Origin: a bacterium
Lineage (GTDB): Bacteria; UBA8248
Direction of reading: 5' to 3'
Length of the DNA stretch: 64,000 nt
Assembly: GCA_965207065.1 (NCBI GenBank)
Contig: OZ242260.1
Span: forward strand, 3,328,001-3,392,000
How positions within the stretch are numbered: position 1 is the stretch's first letter; the number at the start of each line of letters is the position of its first letter. A program made the position numbers and the translations under genes. Below, one piece after another: positions 18,096 to 27,048 of this stretch. The notes below the pieces were generated by a model. The model had not been told where the DNA came from. It saw only the letters and a list, made by a program, of their open reading frames with translations, and did not search any database.

Positions 18096-21077
18096 ATGCC
18101 TACTCGTCGCTCGGGTATCCAAGCCGGACCTTTCCCGGTTTCCCAAAGAACCAATGAGATTATAGGTTTATCCTTAGTTGGTTTTGCTGTTTTTCTTGCG
18201 ATATCGCTTTGGACTTTTGATTCCGGCGATCCGACTTGGGGTTCATACGTCACTCAAAAATGGCGGATTCGAAATTATGGGGGAGCCGTAGGCGCATATG
18301 CCGCAGGTGCATTGGTCCAGGCGGTGGGTGCATTCTCGGTATTGATGCCCATCGGATTCCTTGTTTGGGGCGTAACCGCGTTTGCAGGTTTACGTTCATG
18401 GCGGCCAGGTTGGCGCGAACTGGTTGGCTTGTTCTTTCTTTTGAGCGCCTCGGGATTATTTTACAAGGCATTTACAACCGATCCTCTTTTTGGGGCTACG
18501 ACATTGGCCGGTGGAATTGTCGGCTATGGTGTCGTGATGTTGCTGAACGCTTATCTGGGTAATGCGGGCAGTTGGGTTTTGCTTGGATCCGTATTGCTGG
18601 CTTCGTTTGTAGGCATAACGGGTTTCTCATTCAAAAAGATGATATTAGGGCTGGCGATTGCGCATTGGTGGTTCTTTTCGCGCATTTTTTCAGTTTTCAA
18701 AAGGACGGTACTCGGAGCGGTAAGGGGCGCAGTATTCTCGACCCGAAAATTGTGTTCCGCAATCGCAGGTCTTCCGTCATCTCTGCGTAAGAGGGAGATG
18801 TATATCGGGTATGCCGAGACAATAGCCGGCAGTGAGGACGCAGGAACGGGATCTTTCGTGCAGGATGGCATGGACGGCGGGGATCCGCGGCGGCACCTCA
18901 TGCAAAAAGATGCTGATGACTCAATTTTGGAACCGAAAGGAACTTACCGGTCAAATCAAAAAAATGGCAGGCATGTTTTTCGACCATCGGAACAAAATGG
19001 CCCTTCGCTTTTTGGAGGAGAGAAATTTCCAGAGCCAAGCTTGCCTGCGCTTCGCGGCCCGGCGGCCGGCGAGGAGGAAGTCGAACTCGCGGAAAGTCCG
19101 AAAAGCCATTTCAACGAAACAATGCCTGGCTCGGTGCTGGATAAGCTTCTCCAAGATGATGGAGATATACCCCCAACCGGCGATGGAGCGCATATTGGCT
19201 TGCCTTCGAATGTGGTGGAAGAGCATACGCCGATGACGGGTATGAATATCAATGATGAAGTAAAACATGTGGGTGCCGCAAGAAAATCGGTAACTGGCGG
19301 GCTTCGTATTAAACGGAAGAAAAATCTTGATGGCAATTGCGGAATATCGCCCGCTCCGCAGGGCGAGTCTCCCGCGATTGAGGAGTCTACGGCCGCGCAT
19401 CCCGATTCACTTTCGACTCGTGTTGAAGGTTCGATGAAAAGTGGAGAATCAGAAGAGAATATAAAAGTTCGACATGCGGGAACTGTTGGCGAGTCGGATG
19501 CTGTACAGATTCAAGACCATTCTCTGGTCCGCTCCAATTCGCAGACGGAAAATCGGAACAAGCAGCAAGGAACCTCTGAACCGAAGACAGAATACGTTCT
19601 TCCATCGTTAGAAATTTTTGCGGACCCACCTTCCGGCGGACTGATAGTAGACGAAGCTGGTATTCGCGAAAAGTCCTTGCTTCTTGAACAAACGCTGAAA
19701 GAATTCGGCGTCATCGGAACAGTGAGGGAAGTAAAGACAGGCCCGGTCATTACAAGTTTCGAGTATGACCCGGCCGCAGGAATCAAGGTTTCCAAGATTT
19801 CCGGCCTCGCGGACGATCTCGCCCGGGCATTGTCCGCATTAAGTGTACGCATTGTTGCGCCGATCCCTGGAAAATCGGTTGTAGGCATCGAGGTGCCCAA
19901 TCTCAAGCGTGATGCTGTATTTGCGAAGGAAGTGCTCTCCTCACAAGAATTCAAGCACGCCGAAGATAAACTCACCATGGGCTTGGGTAAGGATATTTTA
20001 GGAAGAACGGCGTTTACTGATTTGGCCAAGATCCCCCATCTCTTGATTGCGGGGACGACTGGTGCAGGAAAAAGCGTTGCCCTGAACATGATGATATGTA
20101 GTCTCTTGGCCAGATGTACGCCAAGAGAGGTTCGCTTTTTGATGATCGATCCCAAAATGCTGGAACTGTCGATATATGGAGGCATCCCTCATCAACTTGT
20201 GCCTGTCGTGACTGAACCCAAGAAAGCATCGGCAGGGCTAAGGGGTGTCTTGGCGGAGATGGAACGGCGCTACAAGATAATGAGTGAAGCGGGAGTGAGG
20301 AATATCCAAAGCTACAATGCCTCCGTGGCGCAGCAATTGGGTGAGCGAGAGGCGATTAGAAGATGGAAAGAACCTCTGTCCGAAAAGGAATATTCTCTTG
20401 ATTTTCTTCCTTATATCGTTGTTGTGATTGATGAGTTGGCCGATCTCATGATGGTCGCGCCACGTGAAGTGGAAGAGTCAATGACGCGCTTGGCCCAAAT
20501 GGCCCGCGCTTCAGGGATCCATTTGCTGGTGGCGACCCAGCGTCCTTCTGTGGATGTTCTCACGGGTCTCATCAAAGCGAATTTTCCGTCGAGAATGGCG
20601 CTCCGCGTCGCTACTCGAACGGACTCGCGAACCATCCTGGATTCGAATGGAGCGGAGCGCTTGTTGGGTAAAGGGGATATGCTTTTTGTTCCTCCCGGGT
20701 CCAGCGTGCCAGTTCGCATCCATGGCGCGTATGTTTCTGACTGTGAGATTTCTCAACTCGTTGCGCACTGGAAATCCCAGGGGGAAGCGGTGTTCCGTGA
20801 GGATTGGTTCGTGGAGGAGGAGAACTCATCTCAAGATGGGGTAAGTGGTGATGAAGAGTATGACGAGCGATATGATGATGCGATTGCGCTTGTCTCCAGG
20901 ACGAGCGAGGCATCCATTTCTCTCATCCAGAGACATTTGAGGATTGGGTACAACAGGGCTGCGCGCATGATCGAACGTATGGAGCAAGATGGAATCATCG
21001 GCCCGGCAGATGGCGTGAAACGAAGACAGGTATTGATTAGCGAGATACCGGGCGAAGAACAGGTAGAAGCGTCCTGA
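18096..21077 (+). CDS. ftsK: DNA translocase FtsK
   Basis: 4TM N-domain (NYGGAVGAY), long linker, PHLLIAGTTGAGKS Walker A, IDELADLMM, LATQRPS-like motif, gamma domain LRIGYNRAARMIE. Confidence 0.97.
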   Translation: MPTRRSGIQAGPFPVSQRTNEIIGLSLVGFAVFLAISLWTFDSGDPTWGSYVTQKWRIRNYGGAVGAYAAGALVQAVGAFSVLMPIGFLVWGVTAFAGLRSWRPGWRELVGLFFLLSASGLFYKAFTTDPLFGATTLAGGIVGYGVVMLLNAYLGNAGSWVLLGSVLLASFVGITGFSFKKMILGLAIAHWWFFSRIFSVFKRTVLGAVRGAVFSTRKLCSAIAGLPSSLRKREMYIGYAETIAGSEDAGTGSFVQDGMDGGDPRRHLMQKDADDSILEPKGTYRSNQKNGRHVFRPSEQNGPSLFGGEKFPEPSLPALRGPAAGEEEVELAESPKSHFNETMPGSVLDKLLQDDGDIPPTGDGAHIGLPSNVVEEHTPMTGMNINDEVKHVGAARKSVTGGLRIKRKKNLDGNCGISPAPQGESPAIEESTAAHPDSLSTRVEGSMKSGESEENIKVRHAGTVGESDAVQIQDHSLVRSNSQTENRNKQQGTSEPKTEYVLPSLEIFADPPSGGLIVDEAGIREKSLLLEQTLKEFGVIGTVREVKTGPVITSFEYDPAAGIKVSKISGLADDLARALSALSVRIVAPIPGKSVVGIEVPNLKRDAVFAKEVLSSQEFKHAEDKLTMGLGKDILGRTAFTDLAKIPHLLIAGTTGAGKSVALNMMICSLLARCTPREVRFLMIDPKMLELSIYGGIPHQLVPVVTEPKKASAGLRGVLAEMERRYKIMSEAGVRNIQSYNASVAQQLGEREAIRRWKEPLSEKEYSLDFLPYIVVVIDELADLMMVAPREVEESMTRLAQMARASGIHLLVATQRPSVDVLTGLIKANFPSRMALRVATRTDSRTILDSNGAERLLGKGDMLFVPPGSSVPVRIHGAYVSDCEISQLVAHWKSQGEAVFREDWFVEEENSSQDGVSGDEEYDERYDDAIALVSRTSEASISLIQRHLRIGYNRAARMIERMEQDGIIGPADGVKRRQVLISEIPGEEQVEAS

Positions 21078-21330
21078 GTTTTCTCATGCGCCCCGTGTGC
21101 ATATTGCTGTTTGCTTCATTGTGTGGCAAGGCGATCTGGGTCTGGGTCGCGAATCCCCCAACGTCCGACAAGTTGTGTGCGTGGTGTTGACTCCGTTTAG
21201 CCAATAAGGAATGATATTCCACGCTTTTCATCGAATAGTCATGCCCGCCTGAGACAAATAGTTCTTGGCATGCTTTTAGATACTCATCAATTATTCCAGC
21301 CAGTTGGAATCTGCTCCCGGAGGAAATGAA

Positions 21331-21657
21331 ATGGCGGAAGGTGTTTTCGAGTTTACTGACCAGAACTTCGATACGGATGTGATCGGCTCAGATACTCCCA
21401 CATTAGTCGATTTTTGGGCAGAATGGTGCGCTCCTTGCAAAATGATAGCGCCTACTGTTGAAGCGCTTGCCCAGGAATACGAAGGGAAAGTGCGCATCGG
21501 GAAGTTGAATATAGATGAGAATCCATCGATTCCCACGAAATTCGGAATCCGCGGTATCCCGACATTGATGTTGTTCAAGGGAGGCGAGGTAGTAGAGCAA
21601 GTCGTAGGAGTTAAATCCAAAGCCGACCTGAAGGCCACCATAGATCGTGCTCTTTAG
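21331..21657 (+). CDS. trxA: Thioredoxin
   Basis: DFWAEWCAPCKM and IRGIPTL; GGAGG RBS. Confidence 0.95.
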   Translation: MAEGVFEFTDQNFDTDVIGSDTPTLVDFWAEWCAPCKMIAPTVEALAQEYEGKVRIGKLNIDENPSIPTKFGIRGIPTLMLFKGGEVVEQVVGVKSKADLKATIDRAL

Positions 21658-21700
21658 GTCTCAAATCTAAAGCTTGCTGACTGTTTAGGAAACCCTCTAC

Positions 21701-22483
21701 TTGTCTTGGTTGCGTTCAGGTGCTCTGAGTTTATCCGATTATAAAATCGCTTATTGTGAGGCGGGCCCCCCGGTTTCAGGTAGCGTAGTCGTGTGTGTTC
21801 ATGGAGCTGGGGCGAATCGGGATAGCTGGATTCCTTTGATGCGGAATTTGGCGGAACGGGGAGTGAGCAGCCTGGCCCTGGAGTTGCCCGGTCACGGTGA
21901 ATCTGATGCGGCACAAATCTCGGATATCAAAGAATACAGCGGCATTGTTCTTGAATTCTTACATGCCAAGAATTTGAAATCGGTTTGTCTGACTGGGCAC
22001 TCAATGGGGGGCGCCGTAGTTCTTGCAAGTGTTTTGAAGCATGCCAAGTTAATGAGAGGTGTGATTCTTATTGGCTCTGGCGCAAAACTGAGGGTGAAAG
22101 ATTCTATTTTAGAGGGCGTGAAAAGCGATTTTGCAAAAACTGTGCATGAAATCATTGGTTATGCTTTTTCCCCGGCAGCGAACCCATCTCTAATCCAAGA
22201 AGGTACTCGTGGCCTGTTACGATGCAATGCGGATACCATGCTCAATGACTTCATAGCGTGCGATCGATTCGATGTGCTTTCCGAACTGGATTCAATTGCT
22301 ACGCCCGCCCTGGTCGTGTGTGGGGAAGAAGACCTTTTAACGCCCCCGAAATATTCGCAATTTATGTCTGAGAAGATTCCAAATGCGAAATTAACCATTG
22401 TCCCACAGGCAGGTCACATGGTAATGCTGGAGCAACCGGCTGTGGTCGGGGATTTGATATCGCAATTCATGAATGGGTCATAA
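21701..22483 (+). CDS. Alpha/beta fold hydrolase
   Basis: VHGAG, LPGHG, GHSMGG nucleophile elbow, GEED, AGHM. Confidence 0.9.
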   Translation: MSWLRSGALSLSDYKIAYCEAGPPVSGSVVVCVHGAGANRDSWIPLMRNLAERGVSSLALELPGHGESDAAQISDIKEYSGIVLEFLHAKNLKSVCLTGHSMGGAVVLASVLKHAKLMRGVILIGSGAKLRVKDSILEGVKSDFAKTVHEIIGYAFSPAANPSLIQEGTRGLLRCNADTMLNDFIACDRFDVLSELDSIATPALVVCGEEDLLTPPKYSQFMSEKIPNAKLTIVPQAGHMVMLEQPAVVGDLISQFMNGS

Positions 22484-22534
22484 AAACCTTTCAATTTCAA
22501 AGAAACACTACACCTGCGCCTAGTTCCTAGAAGC

Positions 22535-23395
22535 ATGAAAATTCCCGTTTATTTCTATTTGTTCTTTGGCGTCATCGCCTTGGGATGCTCCGCCATACTC
22601 ATACGATTGGCTGATGCCGAACCCTTGGCGATAGCAGCGTATCGCATGGGAGGCGGCGCTTTACTCCTGCTGCCGTTTACAAGGCACAATGTGATGGAGA
22701 TATGGGGTGCCTTATCGTTAAAAGAGAAGATTATTTGGGCGGGTTCCGGTATTTTTTTGGCGTTTCATTTTGCGTTTTGGATAGAGTCGCTGTCGCATAC
22801 GTCCGTAGCCAGTTCCGTCGTGCTTGCAACGACAAACCCCATATTTGCAGGTATTGGTGGTGTCGTGCTTTTAGGAGAAAAAGAAGGGCGGAATTTCTGG
22901 TTGGGTGTGTTGTTGGCTATTGTAGGCAGCTCAGTTTTGGCGTATTCCGACTTTGTGGGATGGGAAGGGAGTTTCTGGGGGAATTCTCTCGCGTTGTCCG
23001 CGGCGGTGATGGCCTCCGCTTATATGCTGTGCGGTCGCAAGCTTAGAATGAGAATTCCCGTAGCGGCATACGTTACAGGTTGTTATGGATTCAGCGGGGT
23101 TTTGCTATTCGGCACGGCTTTAATTTTGGAGCAACCTCTCGCCGGATACTCCAATGATACCTGGCTTCTTTTGCTGGCCATGATACTCATTCCCACCTTG
23201 ATCGGTCATACTTCCATAAATTATGCCTTGGGTCATCTGCACCCAGGAAAAGTGGCGCTTGCCGTTGTGGGAGAGCCATTGGTGGCTACGGCATTGGCCT
23301 GGTGGCTGCTTCAGGAAGTTCCTACGTCGAGTCGACTGTTCGCTTGTTCAATCATATTGATGGGCATCGTCTTAGGCGGAAGGTCAAAAAGTTAA
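22535..23395 (+). CDS. DMT (EamA) family transporter
   Basis: About 10 TM segments; HFAFWIESL, TSVASS, GEP motifs. Confidence 0.9.
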   Translation: MKIPVYFYLFFGVIALGCSAILIRLADAEPLAIAAYRMGGGALLLLPFTRHNVMEIWGALSLKEKIIWAGSGIFLAFHFAFWIESLSHTSVASSVVLATTNPIFAGIGGVVLLGEKEGRNFWLGVLLAIVGSSVLAYSDFVGWEGSFWGNSLALSAAVMASAYMLCGRKLRMRIPVAAYVTGCYGFSGVLLFGTALILEQPLAGYSNDTWLLLLAMILIPTLIGHTSINYALGHLHPGKVALAVVGEPLVATALAWWLLQEVPTSSRLFACSIILMGIVLGGRSKS

Positions 23396-23595
23396 CATTT
23401 CTGGTGTTTAGATGTATTTTCGTTGTATTTTCAAATTGCAGAAAAGAATATGCAGAAATGTGCGATTTATGAGTTATGAGAAAGAACACTAATAGCGTCT
23501 ATCCTGCTTCATGGACATGAGCTTCTCATTCCTCTTGCGAAAGCGAGGGTTCAATCCAACAATTTTTCCGGAAGTACCGGGTAAGGCGATAAAAA

Positions 23596-24126
23596 ATGAC
23601 TTCGAGCGTCAGATTATGCGTCTTGTCGGATACCCATGGTCGTCTCACTCGAGACGTGCTCGAATTTTGCCATGGTGCAGACCGTATCCTGCATGCCGGC
23701 GATGTGGGTTCTGACTTCATTCTGCCGGAACTAGAGTGCATCGCTCCCGTCGCCTGTGTTTCGGGAAATGTGGATTCGCCCTCTTTGGCACCAATACGGC
23801 TTCAAACTGTCATAGCAGACTGGAACATTATGATTCAGCATATCGTCTGGCACCGTGGAGGGCCGTCCCGGGAATTCAAGATGCTTTTAGAACAGGAAGC
23901 AATGGATTTGGTGATTTTCGGTCATAGTCACCAACCACTTTGCCAAATGATCGGCAAGACCGTATTTTTCAATCCTGGCAGTTGCGGTCCAAGGAGATTC
24001 AATCTCCCCAGCACGATTGGCGAGATGATTCTGGATACTTCCGGTGGATGGTTTCGAATCTGCGATCTCGTACATTTTCAAAAAGCGCCGCCTATCATCG
24101 AATTTCGCTTTGAACGACCCTGCTAA
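23596..24126 (+). CDS. Metallophosphoesterase (YfcE/MJ0936 family)
   Basis: SDTH, HAGD, GNVD, GHSH, NPGS motifs. Confidence 0.92.
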   Translation: MTSSVRLCVLSDTHGRLTRDVLEFCHGADRILHAGDVGSDFILPELECIAPVACVSGNVDSPSLAPIRLQTVIADWNIMIQHIVWHRGGPSREFKMLLEQEAMDLVIFGHSHQPLCQMIGKTVFFNPGSCGPRRFNLPSTIGEMILDTSGGWFRICDLVHFQKAPPIIEFRFERPC

Positions 24127-24246
24127 TCGCATGCAAGTTAACTGTTATTTTTTATTGCGCATGAAACAAGAGTAGGGCTATAGTGTGCGTATGTTGATGT
24201 GGGAATGGCCAAATTGCATTTGTTATTTTGCTCAGGAGGAGTGTAA

Positions 24247-25965
24247 TTGAGAGTCAAGCTGGCGAAGACGGCTGGTTTCTGCTGGGGGGTGGAAAGAGCA
24301 CTCGACATTGCTTTGGACACTGCCAATGACGCATCCAGCGAAGTTCTCACGCATGGGCCACTAATTCATAATCCACAAACGGTGGAATTGCTGGAGCAGA
24401 AAAGCGTTATCGTTTCCGAGCCCCAGGAGACGCCGAGCAGTACGAGTCTAGTCGTCATCCGGGCGCATGGCATCTCGCCCCAAGTTCGTGATCGGTTAAG
24501 GAGTTCAGGTGCCGGTATTAGAGATGCGACTTGCCCCTTGGTTGCTAAAGTACATGGGGTGATTAGAAAACATTCCCGCATGGGTGCCTTCACAGTAATT
24601 ATTGGAGAAGAAGACCATCCGGAGGTGGATGGTCACAAGGGCTATGCGGAGGCAGGCAGCCATTTGATCACGTGTATGGAAGATGTGTCAGGGCTCCCTG
24701 ACATCGGCGACCGCCCCGTCGTGGTGGTCGCGCAGACGACCATCAACATGCGCGAGTGGAAAGATGTGGAAGAAGCGATTTTGCGGAAATATCCCCAGGC
24801 CCAAATGTTTAATACGATTTGTGATGCAACGGAAGTTCGCCAGGAAGAGGTAAAGAAGCTAGCCCCCGATGTAGATCTGATGGTCGTTGTCGGAGGACGC
24901 AACAGCGGCAACACAAACCGATTGATGGAAGTGGCGAAGGAGGGAGGCGCGGATTCGATTCTCGTCGAAACCGAAGATGAGATTGACGAGAAATTCCTGC
25001 AGCAATACAAAAACATCGCCGTAACGGCGGGTGCCTCTACACCGGATTGGATGATCAGGCGCGTTGTCAACCGTATCGAAGCGATTCCCGATCCGAATCC
25101 GAATATCGCTGATAAGCTTTTTGATATTCTCAAGGTGTTGTCGAGAGCGAATGTTCTTCTTTTCTTATCCGCGATATTGGGTAGCATCGCCATCATGAAA
25201 TTGGGTGGATTCCCCCTCTCTATGAAACTCGCTGTGACGGCAGGTCTTTACCTCTTCGCGGCTCACACGATAAATCGTTGTGTCAGCTATGAGGCGGATA
25301 GATACAATGAACCCAATCGGGCTCTTTTCTATGAAAAGCACAAACCCATTCTGTTACTCATGTCCGGGGTCGCCGCCTTGGTATCCATCGCGTTCGGGAT
25401 GAGTATCTCCTACCTGACCGGGGGTATTCTGGTAGCCGGACTGATGTGGGCCATCTTTTGCAGCCTGAAGCTCGAGCCTCGTGCAGTCGTGGGGCGGGTG
25501 CTGAATTTCCCAGCTTTGAAGATTCTTGTTCTCGCGTCGGGCTGGACCTTCAGCTTGGCGGTTTTGCCCGCGCTAGCGAATTCACAAGCGGTTTCCGCAG
25601 GCTGGATGGTGTCGATTTTCTTCGCTTTCGGTTTAATTTTCTTCCGAACCGGCTTGATGGAGTTGAGAGACATTCAAGGCGATAGAATCGTGGGCAAGAG
25701 GACATTGCCGATCGTTTTCGGCAAAGTGCAGACTGAAACGCTTATGGGGGTGATCTGCGCCGCATTGGCTGTCACTCTCGTTAGCGCTTGTGTAAACGAG
25801 TGGGTGACACCGTCGTTTGGCTACTTGATGCTTATTCCGGTTATGTATGCGGGTGCATGTCTATACTGGTATACTCGAAAAATACTGGGTCATAGCGGAC
25901 TCATGGAAGTGGCCGCCGATCAGATATTCATTATTGCAGGAGTTTTGGCCCTTCTGATGGTTTAG
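24247..25965 (+). CDS. ispH: IspH (HMBPP reductase) fused to a C-terminal UbiA-like membrane domain
   Basis: AGFCWGV, DATCPLV, TICDAT, SGNT, TAGASTP in the first ~280 aa; then ~8 TM helices with DRYN and RDIQGDRIVGKRTLP. Confidence 0.92.
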   Translation: MRVKLAKTAGFCWGVERALDIALDTANDASSEVLTHGPLIHNPQTVELLEQKSVIVSEPQETPSSTSLVVIRAHGISPQVRDRLRSSGAGIRDATCPLVAKVHGVIRKHSRMGAFTVIIGEEDHPEVDGHKGYAEAGSHLITCMEDVSGLPDIGDRPVVVVAQTTINMREWKDVEEAILRKYPQAQMFNTICDATEVRQEEVKKLAPDVDLMVVVGGRNSGNTNRLMEVAKEGGADSILVETEDEIDEKFLQQYKNIAVTAGASTPDWMIRRVVNRIEAIPDPNPNIADKLFDILKVLSRANVLLFLSAILGSIAIMKLGGFPLSMKLAVTAGLYLFAAHTINRCVSYEADRYNEPNRALFYEKHKPILLLMSGVAALVSIAFGMSISYLTGGILVAGLMWAIFCSLKLEPRAVVGRVLNFPALKILVLASGWTFSLAVLPALANSQAVSAGWMVSIFFAFGLIFFRTGLMELRDIQGDRIVGKRTLPIVFGKVQTETLMGVICAALAVTLVSACVNEWVTPSFGYLMLIPVMYAGACLYWYTRKILGHSGLMEVAADQIFIIAGVLALLMV

Positions 25966-25976
25966 GAATCATTCAT

Positions 25977-26012
25977 CAACTAAGCCGCGTATTTCAGAGC
26001 GCGGCTTAGTTG
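25977..26012. terminator. Hairpin between convergent genes, probably a bidirectional terminator
   Basis: CAACTAAGCCGCG / CGCGGCTTAGTTG perfect 13-bp stem. Confidence 0.7.
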
Positions 26013-26048
26013 TGGCGTAAAGCATTCCTCAGTAAATATGTTTGCCCT

Positions 26049-26369
26049 TTAGTTTCCTCGCGCAGCCCGTTTTGAGGCTTTCAGTGGGTTGAGTTTTTTC
26101 TCCAGAGGGGCCTCGAAGTCTACCTTGATATGCGTCGCGAGAGGGCATCTACCGCGTTCCCAACGGTTTTCCGGATTTGGAAATTTGGAGCAGAACTTTC
26201 CTTTTGGAAACTCCAGGACGTGCTCGCATACATTCTCGTCATCGCCTGTAAGGCAATCCTCGACGACGGGGAGGCAGGAACTCCCGTTGTATGAGCATTG
26301 GTTTTGTCCATTGGAGCCTTTCGATGAAAAATGACATTCTACTGGTGCTTCTAATAGCGTGCACTCCAT
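26049..26369 (-). CDS. PxxKW-family cysteine-rich small protein
   Basis: Nine Cys; PENRW...CPLATH...KKLNPLKASKR C-terminal signature; AGGAG RBS. Confidence 0.75.
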   Translation of the reverse strand: MECTLLEAPVECHFSSKGSNGQNQCSYNGSSCLPVVEDCLTGDDENVCEHVLEFPKGKFCSKFPNPENRWERGRCPLATHIKVDFEAPLEKKLNPLKASKRAARGN

Positions 26370-26679
26370 TGCTGAAATTCTCCTACGGAATTGAATAAAG
26401 GGCCTTAAAATTAATGGGAATACGAAAGAACCAGCAACGAAGTGTAAGGAAAAGCCCCGTCTCACGCAACCTTCAGGCGGTGCGATTCGAGGAAATTTCC
26501 AGGATTACATGAAAACCTGAAATCGTTCGCCATCCTCATGTAACACCATGGAAACATATTTCGTGTAAATTACCTGTTTGAGTGAACACAGAGAGTAGCT
26601 GTTCATGGGGTTTATTGATTGACGACCAACCATTGCGTGTTATAGTCGATAAAAACCATCCCATTGGAACTTCACTTGA

Positions 26680-27036
<357 letters not shown>

Positions 27037-27048
27037 CGATATCTTCCG

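Noticed and set aside
21086-21190. 34-codon ORF after ftsK as a lolA remnant or small protein
   Set aside because: It has no RBS or recognisable similarity and is too short to support.
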